This document shows positions 53,011-63,104 of a stretch of DNA of 64,000 nucleotides, piece by piece; positions within the stretch are counted from its first letter, which is position 1, and each line of letters starts with the position of its first letter. A program made the translations under genes and the position numbers. Under the pieces are notes generated by a model. It ran no database searches. It was given only the letters and a program-made list of their open reading frames with translations, and was not told where the DNA came from. The DNA comes from Aquificaceae bacterium (GTDB lineage Bacteria > Aquificota > Aquificia > Aquificales > Aquificaceae). The stretch is taken from assembly GCA_041640635.1 (NCBI GenBank), contig JBEPZX010000002.1, positions 61,855 through 125,854 on the forward strand. The letters run 5' to 3'.

Positions 53011-53877
53011 TTATGTTCCAAAAATTAAATAATCATACAACAATCCCATAAACGTAGACAGGAAGAACCATGCAGTAACATACAAAGCAACGAGTCTTTT
53101 TGGCAAAAAGCTCATTACAGCTACTATTGTTGGTAGGCATATCCCGCTACTAGCGAGCATAAAAGTAAGTGCATTTCCTTGTGTAAAACCGATATCAAGC
53201 AAAGCTTTAGCTATAGGAACATCTTCACCAGAGCACACGTATATAGGAATTGATACCAAGGATATTAATGGATAGGAAAAAACGGTTTTTGATATGTATG
53301 CTGCCCACGTTGAAGGCACGACTGCTTTTATAAAAGCTGCAATAATCAAGCCTATAATGATATACTTTCCTGTTAACTTAAGTGTACTTGAAAAATGACT
53401 AAAGAATAAGCTAACTTTATTTCCTAGATCTTTTTTAGAAGACATTCCCATAGGAATTTGACTTGGTTTTTTGAAGAAGAAATGAACAATATATGCAATA
53501 ATTAAGGCAAATAGGAAAGTAAACACTATCCTAAAGACAGCAATATTTAACCCAAACAATCCATAAGTAAGAACCACTGTGACAGGAGATATAACAGGGG
53601 CAACAATAAGAAAAGATAGCACTGGCGCATAGGATTTACTAAAGCTATTTATCATTAATGCTACGGGGATCATGGAACAAGAGCATACTGGAAGTAAGCC
53701 ACCCATAACACCCGTCGTAACTGATGAAATAAAAGGGTTTTTCATAAATTTTTTGACAAACGAAAGATTAACATAAGTTTGAACCAAGGCTGTAATTAGT
53801 AGAGCCAAGAGAAAGTATGGCAAAATATCCAATAAATAATCGTAGAAATTTCTTAAAAAATTCTCCAAAAAGCTCAT
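53011..53877 (-). CDS. DUF318/ArsP family permease
   Basis: LPVCSCSMIP and PIYVCS motifs in two membrane repeats. Confidence 0.85.
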   Translation of the reverse strand: MSFLENFLRNFYDYLLDILPYFLLALLITALVQTYVNLSFVKKFMKNPFISSVTTGVMGGLLPVCSCSMIPVALMINSFSKSYAPVLSFLIVAPVISPVTVVLTYGLFGLNIAVFRIVFTFLFALIIAYIVHFFFKKPSQIPMGMSSKKDLGNKVSLFFSHFSSTLKLTGKYIIIGLIIAAFIKAVVPSTWAAYISKTVFSYPLISLVSIPIYVCSGEDVPIAKALLDIGFTQGNALTFMLASSGICLPTIVAVMSFLPKRLVALYVTAWFFLSTFMGLLYDYLIFGT

Positions 53878-53911
53878 AATGTCAAATATAGCTTTATATT
53901 ATATTTAATCT

Positions 53912-55576
53912 ATGAAAGAAAGTATGATAACTTACGGATTCAAGAATTACGGATTTTTTATAATATCCTCAATCCTCTTTGTATCTACTGTTATAGTTGG
54001 ATTGTTTCACCTAGAAGAAAGAGATAAGATTTTTTATATTTTGCTAGGATTTACGGGAATTCTCTTTTCCATAGCATTCTTGGAATTTTTAATACTATCG
54101 CTAAAGTCACTGTGGGAAGAGTATAAAAAGCATGGAAGTTTTTTCAAATTTATGTATGAGTTTTTTGCTTCCGTAAAGCTTGCCATATTCATCATGATAA
54201 CCTTAGGAATTCTATCTATGCTAGGGAGCACCTACATACAGCAAAATCAACCTATAGGTTTTTATTTAGATAGATTTGGAGCTGATGTTGGTGTATGGTT
54301 TTGGAAACTTTGGTTAAACGATGTATTTCGTTCTTGGTATTACATAGCATTCATAGTGCTTTTGGCAATAAACCTGATTGTGTGTTCTATAAAAAGGCTA
54401 CCAAAAGTTTGGATAACAACATTTACGAAGGAGCGTTTTCAAAAACTAGATGAGCATGCACAAAAACACCTAAAACCTTTAACACTAAACATAAGCACGA
54501 GTCCTGAAAAAGTGGCCTTATTCTTGAAAAAACTTGGCTTTAGAGTATACATGCAAGAAGAAAATGACAGAGTTTATTTCTACGGCGAAAAAGGTAAGTA
54601 CTCCCGATTAGGTGTTTATATAGTTCATATAGGACTTTTGGTGATTATGGCTGGTGCATTGATAGATGCTTTATTTGGCATAAGGGGAACAGTTATAGTT
54701 GTAGAAGGATCAAAAAGTGACATTCTTACCATACCCTCAAAAGATAAATCTTATCAGCTACCTTTTCAAATAGCACTGGATAAGTTTCACATAGTCACTT
54801 ACGAAGATGAAGCAAGAGAGAAAAATAGGAAAGTTGACCCTTCTATAAAGGATGCTATAGCAAGTTTTGAAAGTGAAATAAGAATAATCCAAGATGGTAC
54901 AGAAACAGCTATAGGTAAGACAGCAGTAAACTCCCCATTTAATTTTGGATTTTACAGAATATTCCAAGCTACATATGGTCTTACCGGTGAAGTAGGAAAA
55001 GCCACAATTGCCGTTTTTGACAAAGAAAAACTATCCAATATTAAAGATCCTCAACAAGCTTACGTAAGCGAAGTAAAGTTAATTAATGGCAAGGTGACAG
55101 AATTTGGAGATATGCTCATATCTATAGATAGATCTACACTAAACATAGAAGATGAAAATAAGGGATTTCAAGGAGATTTCAAACCCGCTATAATGTTAAA
55201 AGTTATTAAAGATGGTCAATCTTACGATGTACCTGTGTTGTATTCCCCCGAACTTACGGTAATGGCGTATTCACAATTGGAAAGTCTGAAAAACTTCCCT
55301 TACATTTTCTTCCTTTTTGAAGCAGAACCACAGTATTTCAGCGGTTTTCAGGTAGCCAAAAATCCGGGCACTTGGATAATTTGGGCTGGTTCTATTTTAT
55401 TAGTGATTGGTATGTTATTAGCTTTTTATACCATCCATAGGAAAGTATGGATTAGATTGGAAGAAAACACAATGAAAGTGGCATTTTGGTCGCACAAATT
55501 AAAGGAAGAGTTTAACAAAGGCTTTATAAGAAACTTAGAGGAATTAAAGAATGAAAGTTCTATATGGAAACAATAA
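53912..55576 (+). CDS. resB: Cytochrome c biogenesis protein ResB/Ccs1 (system II)
   Basis: SVKLAI, LGSTYIQQ, DVFRSWYY, CSIKR, YIVH, VNSP, FQATY, NPG. Confidence 0.9.
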   Translation: MKESMITYGFKNYGFFIISSILFVSTVIVGLFHLEERDKIFYILLGFTGILFSIAFLEFLILSLKSLWEEYKKHGSFFKFMYEFFASVKLAIFIMITLGILSMLGSTYIQQNQPIGFYLDRFGADVGVWFWKLWLNDVFRSWYYIAFIVLLAINLIVCSIKRLPKVWITTFTKERFQKLDEHAQKHLKPLTLNISTSPEKVALFLKKLGFRVYMQEENDRVYFYGEKGKYSRLGVYIVHIGLLVIMAGALIDALFGIRGTVIVVEGSKSDILTIPSKDKSYQLPFQIALDKFHIVTYEDEAREKNRKVDPSIKDAIASFESEIRIIQDGTETAIGKTAVNSPFNFGFYRIFQATYGLTGEVGKATIAVFDKEKLSNIKDPQQAYVSEVKLINGKVTEFGDMLISIDRSTLNIEDENKGFQGDFKPAIMLKVIKDGQSYDVPVLYSPELTVMAYSQLESLKNFPYIFFLFEAEPQYFSGFQVAKNPGTWIIWAGSILLVIGMLLAFYTIHRKVWIRLEENTMKVAFWSHKLKEEFNKGFIRNLEELKNESSIWKQ

Positions 55577-56030
55577 AAGGCTCAGGAAAGGCTTTGTTAG
55601 CGTAATTGCTCCCTTATTTATTTGTTTTTCTCCTGCTTTCTCATTGGATTTTTGTGTCAAGCCTTTACAAAATCCATATCCAGAACACTATCTAAGTGTG
55701 GTTTTGATGAAAAAAATAGAAAGGGCCATATTAGAAAGTGGCAATTCAATAAACTGCACTACAAATAGCAAAGAACTCTTGCTTTACGTAAAAGATTTCA
55801 AGGAGATTCCTGTAGCTTATACCGCTCAACAAAGAGTAAGCATTTATAACTTAACTATATCTGTGTATTTAAAAACTGGGGAGTTGGAAAAAACTTACAC
55901 TAACTCAACTGCCTATTCTCAAGAAACAGGAGCATATGGGAACATAGTAAGAAGAAAAGCAATAGATACAGTAACGAATATAATCTATTTAAATATGGTA
56001 GAAGATTTGAAAAATTATACTAACAAGTAG
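55551..56030 (+). CDS. Hypothetical exported protein, possibly LptE-like
   Basis: Hydrophobic N-terminal segment; beta-rich core IPVAYTAQQRVSIYNLTISVY and C-terminal helix; no clear lipobox. Confidence 0.5.
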   Translation: MKVLYGNNKRLRKGFVSVIAPLFICFSPAFSLDFCVKPLQNPYPEHYLSVVLMKKIERAILESGNSINCTTNSKELLLYVKDFKEIPVAYTAQQRVSIYNLTISVYLKTGELEKTYTNSTAYSQETGAYGNIVRRKAIDTVTNIIYLNMVEDLKNYTNK

Positions 56031-56154
56031 TTTTTAACTGAGCTTAATGAAAAACAAACTTAATAATTTTAATTGCCTACGATTTTTAAATCACACATAG
56101 AAGATTAAAAATCAAGAAAATTTTGAAATCAAGGTGAAAAATATTAGAAATTTA

Positions 56155-58665
56155 TTAATTCCTCGTTTTATTTACTATATACTCTATCCATTTACGTATT
56201 TCTATAAGGAAAAAAGTAAGAAAAGGTATAATCATACCTATAGTTATGTGCTCCCAATTTAAAGGATGAACCCTAAAGAGGTCACTAAAGAGAAATATGG
56301 CTGAAAATTGCAAAACAACACCTATAGTTATTCCCATGTATATATAGGGGTTTATTGTAAAGCTTTTTACAAGATTTAATAAAAAGGGTTCTTCTCTTAA
56401 TGCTTGTATACCCATAAACCATTGAGAAACTACAGCATAGAAAAAGCTTATACTAAGTGCCGTTTGGTAAGGATATATCTGGTTTAGGTAATAAAAGAGG
56501 ATTACGGATGGTACTGCCATAACCAAGCCATTGTATATGACTTTTACTATTTGAGTTTTTCCAAATAATACCTGTTCTGGCCTTTTGGGCTTTTCCTTCA
56601 TTGGGTCTTTTTCTTCCCTTGTAAAAGGGAATGTTTTGTCTTGAACACCATCTGTTACTATGTTTATCCATAGAATATGCATAGGCAAAAGAGGAATTCT
56701 AAGATTTAGCAATACACAGGCTGACAGGTAAAAAACTTCGAAGATATTGGTTGTTAGCAAGTATTGAAGAGCCTTTGAGATGTTTTTAACTATAATCCTA
56801 CCTTGTCTTATACCTTCTACGATAACTGAAAGGTTGTTTTCTACAAGAATCATTTTGCTCGCTTCTTTTGCAGCCTCTGATCCTTCTCCCATGGCAATAC
56901 CAATATCAGCTGCTTTTAAAGCTGGCACATCATTAACACCATCCCCAGTAACGGCAACAATCTCACCGTAGCTCTGTAAAACTCTAACTATCCTAAACTT
57001 ATCTTCTGGTAAAGCTCTTGCTACAACGGAAACTCTCTTTAAAAGATTGTAAAGCTCACTATCGGAGTATTTGCTCAACTCTTTTCCTTCTATAGCTATA
57101 TCTCCATCTTTGTAAATGCCCACTTCGCGTGCTATAGCTATGGCTGTCAAAATATGGTCGCCCGTTATCATTATTATTCTTATGCCCGCACTTTTTGCTT
57201 TTTGTACCGCTTCCACTACCCCTTCTTTTGGTGGATCCTGAAAACCTATAAGACCAACAATGTTTACCTTTATTCCATCTAAAGCGTTTACTTCCTTTTC
57301 TAAAGGAGAATGGGCAAAGGCCAAAACTCTAAGCCCTTCCTTTGCCATATTTTCAGCAGTTTTTTGTATGTGCTCTAGTTCCTCTTTTGAGTTTTGAGAC
57401 ACCGCAACTATGGACTCTACAGCACCTTTTACGAAAAGTTCGTATTTTTCACCATTTTTATTGATAGTTGCCATTAATCTGGTTTTTGTATCGAAGGGAA
57501 ACTCCAAAATCCTCTTGTACGTTTCTCTAGTTCTTTCACAATCGAACTCCATGTCTGAAAGCCACTTTACCAAAGCCACTTCTAAAGGATCTCCTTTATC
57601 GTAAGTAGCATTGTTGCAAAGGCAGGCACAGAGTTTCAAAAGTTGTTCATCTTTTGCAAAGTAGTCTTTTACCTCAAGCTTTCCTTTTGTGATGGTTCCT
57701 GTTTTATCGGAACATATATATGTGGTGCTTCCTAAGGTTTCCGCTGCAGGTAAGTACTTTACCAGTACCTTTGACCTATAGAGATAGTAAGATCCTATTA
57801 CCAAAGTGAGTGTCAAAACTATAGGAAATCCTTCAGGCACAGCGGAAACGAGCTGAGCTACAACTACAAAGAACATATCTTTTATTTCTCTTTCCTGGTA
57901 TAAACCTACGAGAAAAACAAAAGTCAAAACGGAGATTAGCGTGGCTATCCATTTTTTAGAAAAGCTTCCTAAAGCTAGCGTTAAAGGTGTTTCTTGATGT
58001 ACCGATTTACTTATTTCAGCTATAGAACCTATATATGTGTTTTTGCCAGTGGCGAATACAACACCTTTACCCCTACCTTTAACAACAGTGGATCCCCTAT
58101 AAAGAATGTTAGATCTTTCGTATATAGGTGTATCTAACAATAAAACCGTGTTGTATTTCTCTACAGGCACACTTTCTCCTGTTAAAATGGACTCATCCAC
58201 TAATAATCCACTTGATTCCATAAGTCTAACATCAGCTGCTATCACATCTCCTTCTTCTACAAGTACAATGTCACCTGGCACTAAAAGAGCTGCGTCAATA
58301 TCCTCTACTTTCCCATCTCTCAATACGTTTACTTTCAAGGCGGTAAGTTTTTTCAGCGCTGATAATCGTCTAATAGCTCCCAGCTCATAAAAAAAACCTA
58401 TGATGGCATTTACTAACAAAATACCATATATGAAAATGGCATCTTTTTTGTCACCCAAAATCAAAGCTATTAAACCTGCAGCGGCAAGCACGTAAATAAA
58501 AACATTCTTAAATTGTCGTATAAAAATGCGTAAATAGCTTATTTCCTCCTCTTCTAAGGTATTGTAGCCATACTCTTTTAACCTTTTTTGAACTTCCTTT
58601 TCCAGAAGACCTTCTGGTGAAGTGGAAAAGGAGATTAGAACTTCTTCTATGGTTTTATGATGCAT
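56155..58665 (-). CDS. Cation-transporting P-type ATPase (P2A-like)
   Basis: TGES, PEGFP, DKTGT, KGA, MITGD, TGDGVND. Confidence 0.93.
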   Translation of the reverse strand: MHHKTIEEVLISFSTSPEGLLEKEVQKRLKEYGYNTLEEEEISYLRIFIRQFKNVFIYVLAAAGLIALILGDKKDAIFIYGILLVNAIIGFFYELGAIRRLSALKKLTALKVNVLRDGKVEDIDAALLVPGDIVLVEEGDVIAADVRLMESSGLLVDESILTGESVPVEKYNTVLLLDTPIYERSNILYRGSTVVKGRGKGVVFATGKNTYIGSIAEISKSVHQETPLTLALGSFSKKWIATLISVLTFVFLVGLYQEREIKDMFFVVVAQLVSAVPEGFPIVLTLTLVIGSYYLYRSKVLVKYLPAAETLGSTTYICSDKTGTITKGKLEVKDYFAKDEQLLKLCACLCNNATYDKGDPLEVALVKWLSDMEFDCERTRETYKRILEFPFDTKTRLMATINKNGEKYELFVKGAVESIVAVSQNSKEELEHIQKTAENMAKEGLRVLAFAHSPLEKEVNALDGIKVNIVGLIGFQDPPKEGVVEAVQKAKSAGIRIIMITGDHILTAIAIAREVGIYKDGDIAIEGKELSKYSDSELYNLLKRVSVVARALPEDKFRIVRVLQSYGEIVAVTGDGVNDVPALKAADIGIAMGEGSEAAKEASKMILVENNLSVIVEGIRQGRIIVKNISKALQYLLTTNIFEVFYLSACVLLNLRIPLLPMHILWINIVTDGVQDKTFPFTREEKDPMKEKPKRPEQVLFGKTQIVKVIYNGLVMAVPSVILFYYLNQIYPYQTALSISFFYAVVSQWFMGIQALREEPFLLNLVKSFTINPYIYMGITIGVVLQFSAIFLFSDLFRVHPLNWEHITIGMIIPFLTFFLIEIRKWIEYIVNKTRN

Positions 58666-58686
58666 GAAAGATATAATAATACAATT

Positions 58687-58998
58687 ATGAAGTATAGCAT
58701 TGAAAAATATAAAGACAAATTGGATGCACTAAAGGCTTATCTAACAGAGGCAGAAGCCATAAGTCCAGAAATAGAAGTAAAGTTGGTTTTACCCGGAGAA
58801 GAAGAGGCCGACCCCAATATAAAAGTTCCGTATCTTCTAGTTTGTTACTATGTAAACGAAGATAGATGTCATATACGTAAAATTGAGCTTTTTGAGTATT
58901 ATCTACAAGAGGACATTAAGGAACTCATCAATAAAATAACAGCTATGATAGAAGAGTTTGCAATGGAAGTAGATCAGAATGAATTCGGTGGGGGTTAG
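58687..58998 (+). CDS. Acidic hypothetical protein
   Basis: Clean ORF; ATG 58687 avoids overlap with the divergent ATPase. Confidence 0.7.
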   Translation: MKYSIEKYKDKLDALKAYLTEAEAISPEIEVKLVLPGEEEADPNIKVPYLLVCYYVNEDRCHIRKIELFEYYLQEDIKELINKITAMIEEFAMEVDQNEFGGG

Positions 58999-59050
58999 TT
59001 TAAAAATTAGATTATAATTATAGGTTTGTTAAAAACACAGGAGGTAAGAG

Positions 59051-59323
59051 ATGGCTTTGCCAAAGGAAAAAAAGCAGGAAATTATAACTAACTTTAGAAG
59101 ACATGAAAAGGATACGGGATCTTCTGAGGTACAGATAGCTATACTTACAGAGAAAATAAACAGATTAACTGAACACCTCAAAAAGCACAAAAAGGATGTG
59201 CACTCAAGAAGGGGCTTAATCGCCATGATTCACGCAAGAAGGAGACACCTGGAGTATCTAAAGGAGAGAGACTACAAAAGGTTTGTAGAGATTTCCCAGA
59301 AACTCGGTCTCAAGGTTAAGTAA
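59051..59323 (+). CDS. rpsO: 30S ribosomal protein S15
   Basis: [24 protein letters not shown]. Confidence 0.98.
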   Translation: MALPKEKKQEIITNFRRHEKDTGSSEVQIAILTEKINRLTEHLKKHKKDVHSRRGLIAMIHARRRHLEYLKERDYKRFVEISQKLGLKVK

Positions 59324-61401
59324 TGGAAAGAGCAGAGATATCTATAAACGACAAAGACCCAATAATCGTAGAGTTTGGGAAGTATGCTAAGCTAGCTGAC
59401 GGGTCAGTAGTTGTAAGACAGGGCGAAACGGCTGTTTTGGTGACGGCGGTTATGTCCGAGGAACCTCTAAGCGGTATAGATTTTATGCCTCTTTCTGTGG
59501 ACTACAGGGAACAGTCTTCCGCATGGGGTAAGATACCCGGGGGTTTTGTAAAGCGTGAAGGTAAGCCTACGGACAGAGAGGTCCTGGTATCCAGAGTAAT
59601 AGACAGACCTATTAGACCTCTTTTCCCTGAGGGCTTCTTTCATGAAGTAGCTGTAACAGCTCTTACGCTTTCGGCTGACGACAGGTACGATCCCGATGTT
59701 TTGGCAATTACCGGAGCTTCCTTTGCCCTGCATCTGTCGCGCATACCTTTTGAAGGTCCTATAGCGGGTGTAAGAGTCTGCAGAGTAGGTGGAGATTTTG
59801 TTTTGAATCCTACCTATGAAGAAAGACAGGTAGCTGATCTGGAACTCGTAGTTGCAGTTTCCAAAGACGCCATAGTTATGGTGGAAGGTGGTGCAAAGGA
59901 GGTAAGTGAAGAGGTCTTAGCCGATGCCCTTTACTTTGCATTGGATAAAGCACAGCCTCTCATATCCGCTCAAGAGGGGTTAAGGACCAAGATAGGCACG
60001 GAAAAGTTCAGTTACGAACCTATAAACTTACCGGAGGAGCTTTACCATGAGCTAAGAGAATACGCAGTGCCACGCATAGAGGAAGCCTACAACATTTTGG
60101 ACAAAAGGCAAAGAAAGGACACGCTAAAATCCATACTAAAGGACTTTCTCAACAACCACCAAGTCTCAGAAGAATACCACTTTGCTATAGAGTATTACTT
60201 TAAGAAATTAAACAGTGAACTTCTGAGAAAAGCTGTTTTAGACAAAGGAGTAAGGATAGATGGAAGAGGTCCAAAGGATATAAGACCTATAAGTATAGAG
60301 GTTCATCCCTTTGAGAGACCTCACGGAAGTGCTATCTTTACCAGAGGTCAAACGCAGGCTTTTGCAACGGCAACACTCGGATCGCCAGAGGAAGCCCAAC
60401 TTGTGGAAAGTATATACCAAGGTGAAACCTTTAAAAAGTTCATGCTTCATTATAACTTCCCTCCTTTCTCCACAGGCGAAGCCAAATCCTGGGGTCCACC
60501 AAAAAGACGCGAAATTGGTCACGGTGCTTTAGCAGAAAGGGCTATAGAACCTTTAATTCCTTCGGATGAAGATTTTCCTTACATTGTCAGGGTAGTTTCT
60601 AACATCTTAGAATCCAACGGTTCCACTTCCATGGCTACCGTATGCGCAGCATCGTTGGCGCTCTTTGATGCTGGTGTTCCTATGAAAAAGCACGTGGCGG
60701 GAATAGCCATGGGTCTAATAATGGAAGGTGACAGATACGTGATACTTTCCGACATTCTCGGAGACGAAGACCAGCTTGGGGACATGGATTTTAAGGTCGC
60801 AGGAACAAAGGATGGAATAACAAGCGTTCAGATGGACATAAAGATAAAAGGGCTTAAAAAAGAAATTATGAGACAAGCTTTGCAACAAGCTAGAGAAGGA
60901 AGGCTTTACATACTGGAAAAAATGTACCAGGCTATAACAGAACCTAGAAGAGAATTATCCCCATACGCTCCTAGAATAGAGATAATAACAGTTCCCGAAG
61001 ATAAGGCTACACTCATTATAGGACCTTCGGGTAAAACAGCAAAGGAAATAAAAGAAAAAACAGGTGTGTCTGTTTGGGTTTTGGAAGGTGGAAAAGTTTC
61101 GCTTACAGCCCCTAACAAGGAGCAAATAGAGAAGGCAAAAGAAATGATACACAACATTGTAGCCGAGTTAGAACTTGGCAAAGTATACGAAGGTAAAATA
61201 ACCAGAGTAGAACCTTACGGAGTCTTTGTAGAAGTTTTGCCTAACAAGATAGGACTTTTGCACGTTTCCAAAATGGCAGGCTACATAAAGGATGTTAAAT
61301 CTAGATTCAGCGTAGGAGACTCTATAAGGGTAAAGGTAGTAGAGATCGACGACCAAGGAAGACCAAAGTTTACCAATATAGGTATCGATCAGCCGGCGTA
61401 G
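59323..61401 (+). CDS. pnp: Polyribonucleotide nucleotidyltransferase (PNPase)
   Basis: Two RNase PH domains (IDRPIRPLFP, RREIGHG, ESNGSTSMA, DMDFKVAGT), KH and S1 domains. Confidence 0.98.
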   Translation: MERAEISINDKDPIIVEFGKYAKLADGSVVVRQGETAVLVTAVMSEEPLSGIDFMPLSVDYREQSSAWGKIPGGFVKREGKPTDREVLVSRVIDRPIRPLFPEGFFHEVAVTALTLSADDRYDPDVLAITGASFALHLSRIPFEGPIAGVRVCRVGGDFVLNPTYEERQVADLELVVAVSKDAIVMVEGGAKEVSEEVLADALYFALDKAQPLISAQEGLRTKIGTEKFSYEPINLPEELYHELREYAVPRIEEAYNILDKRQRKDTLKSILKDFLNNHQVSEEYHFAIEYYFKKLNSELLRKAVLDKGVRIDGRGPKDIRPISIEVHPFERPHGSAIFTRGQTQAFATATLGSPEEAQLVESIYQGETFKKFMLHYNFPPFSTGEAKSWGPPKRREIGHGALAERAIEPLIPSDEDFPYIVRVVSNILESNGSTSMATVCAASLALFDAGVPMKKHVAGIAMGLIMEGDRYVILSDILGDEDQLGDMDFKVAGTKDGITSVQMDIKIKGLKKEIMRQALQQAREGRLYILEKMYQAITEPRRELSPYAPRIEIITVPEDKATLIIGPSGKTAKEIKEKTGVSVWVLEGGKVSLTAPNKEQIEKAKEMIHNIVAELELGKVYEGKITRVEPYGVFVEVLPNKIGLLHVSKMAGYIKDVKSRFSVGDSIRVKVVEIDDQGRPKFTNIGIDQPA

Positions 61402-61463
61402 CTCAGAGGCAGAGCGAGGCACTCGTAATGCCTAGGTCGTGGGTTCAAGTCCCACCGCCGGCT
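61392..61463 (+). tRNA. tRNA-Thr(CGT)
   Basis: GCCGGCG/CGCCGGC acceptor stem, anticodon arm AGGCA-CTCGTAA-TGCCT, T arm GTGGG-TTCAAGT-CCCAC; CCA not encoded. Confidence 0.97.
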
Positions 61464-61476
61464 TTGTGAGGAAAAA

Positions 61477-61917
61477 ATGAAGGTAAAAATTAAAAGGTTA
61501 CCGCATGCCAATGGTTTAGATCTGCCTTTTTACTCCACATCTCATGCTGTAGGAATGGACTTGTTAGCAGCTATTGAGTCGCCTATTACAATAAAACCTC
61601 TTCAGAGGGTGATAGTTCCTACAGGTATATGTGTAGAGATTCCGGAAGGTTTTGAACTTCAGGTAAGACCCAGAAGCGGCTTAGCCATAAGGCATGGCAT
61701 AACGGTTTTGAATACACCAGGCACTATCGACCCAGACTATAGAGGGGAAATAAAAGTTATTTTAATAAATCTTGGAGAGGAAGACTTTACTATAAAAAGG
61801 GGAGACAGGATAGCCCAGATGGTTTTGTGTCCAGTAGTAAGGTTTGAATGGGAAGAGGTAGACGAGCTGAGCACAACTCTAAGAGGTGAAGGTGGTTTTG
61901 GATCTACTGGGTTATAA
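61477..61917 (+). CDS. dut: dUTP diphosphatase
   Basis: [34 protein letters not shown]. Confidence 0.97.
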   Translation: MKVKIKRLPHANGLDLPFYSTSHAVGMDLLAAIESPITIKPLQRVIVPTGICVEIPEGFELQVRPRSGLAIRHGITVLNTPGTIDPDYRGEIKVILINLGEEDFTIKRGDRIAQMVLCPVVRFEWEEVDELSTTLRGEGGFGSTGL

Positions 61918-61925
61918 TATACACA

Positions 61926-63104
61926 ATGCATGATTTATTCCTTGCTTTAGCTATAATCCTATTTAGTGCAAGAATAGTAGGTGACTTTTTCGCTAGAGTA
62001 GGCCTCCCAGCTGTATTGGGTGAAATATTTGTAGGTATATTGCTCGGTCAAAGTGCCTTAGGTTTAATAAGCCCTAACGATATCCTAAAGGTACTTGCAG
62101 AACTTGGAGTTATACTACTACTTTTTAAAGTAGGACTAGAAGCTGATATAAAGCAACTAAAAAGTGTAGGAATTCCTGCTTTCATAGTAGCTATTGTAGG
62201 TGCATCAGCTCCAATGGTTTTAGGATTTTTGGTTTCTCACTACCTATTGGGATATTCTATTACTGTATCTCTCTTCATAGGTGGTACGCTTACGGCTACA
62301 AGTATAGGTATCACTGTAGGTGTCTTAGAGAGTATGGGAAAGCTCAAGGAGAGGTTTGCTCAAATTGTTTTAGGTGCCGCTGTTTTGGATGATATTTTTG
62401 GTGTTATTGTACTTACCGCTTTGGCTCAGTTTGCTAGAGAAGGCAAAGTAAACGTAAATGCTATAACTTTACTCTTTCTATACATAGCTATCTTCTTTAT
62501 ACTTGCCCCTCTCTTGGCTCAAACTATGGCTAAACTAATACAAGTAATATCCAAAGCTGTTAGGACCGAGGATTTTATACCACCCGTGGTGGTAGCTGTA
62601 GTTTTCTTCTTTGCTTATCTGTCTCATGTGTTTCATGTAGAAGCTATACTGGGTGCCTTTACAGCGGGTTTGGCTCTCTCTAGACGTTTTGTTCTACCTT
62701 TTGCGGTGTTTTTGAGAACAGATGAAAAAATGGCAGAAAAGGTTGAACACACTATATTGCCGTTGGTGTGGGTGTTGACTCCCATATTCTTTGTGTATGT
62801 AGGACTCCAACTTAACCTAAAGGCGATAGACTTTACTGACTCTAAGTTTTGGATAACCTCTTCCCTTATCTTAGTGGTAGCATTTATAAGCAAAATAATC
62901 TCGGGATTTTTTGTGTCCAAAAACACAAAAGAGGCTCTACTAATAGGTTTTTCCATGCTTCCACGTGGAGAGGTAGGTTTAATATTTGCAGAGGTAGGGA
63001 GACAAACCAACATATACGATGATTTTCTTTACGCCGTGATTATATTTGTTGTTGCAATAACTACACTTGCCGCACCAATATTTCTTAAACTTCTCGCTAA
63101 ATGA
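61926..63104 (+). CDS. Cation:proton antiporter (CPA2, NapA-like)
   Basis: LFKVGLE, ATSIGIT, AVLDD, MLPRGEVG. Confidence 0.9.
   Translation: MHDLFLALAIILFSARIVGDFFARVGLPAVLGEIFVGILLGQSALGLISPNDILKVLAELGVILLLFKVGLEADIKQLKSVGIPAFIVAIVGASAPMVLGFLVSHYLLGYSITVSLFIGGTLTATSIGITVGVLESMGKLKERFAQIVLGAAVLDDIFGVIVLTALAQFAREGKVNVNAITLLFLYIAIFFILAPLLAQTMAKLIQVISKAVRTEDFIPPVVVAVVFFFAYLSHVFHVEAILGAFTAGLALSRRFVLPFAVFLRTDEKMAEKVEHTILPLVWVLTPIFFVYVGLQLNLKAIDFTDSKFWITSSLILVVAFISKIISGFFVSKNTKEALLIGFSMLPRGEVGLIFAEVGRQTNIYDDFLYAVIIFVVAITTLAAPIFLKLLAK

Noticed and set aside
56031..56154. AT-rich convergent spacer with repeated AAATCA words
   Set aside because: Repeats are short, irregularly spaced and expected at this AT content
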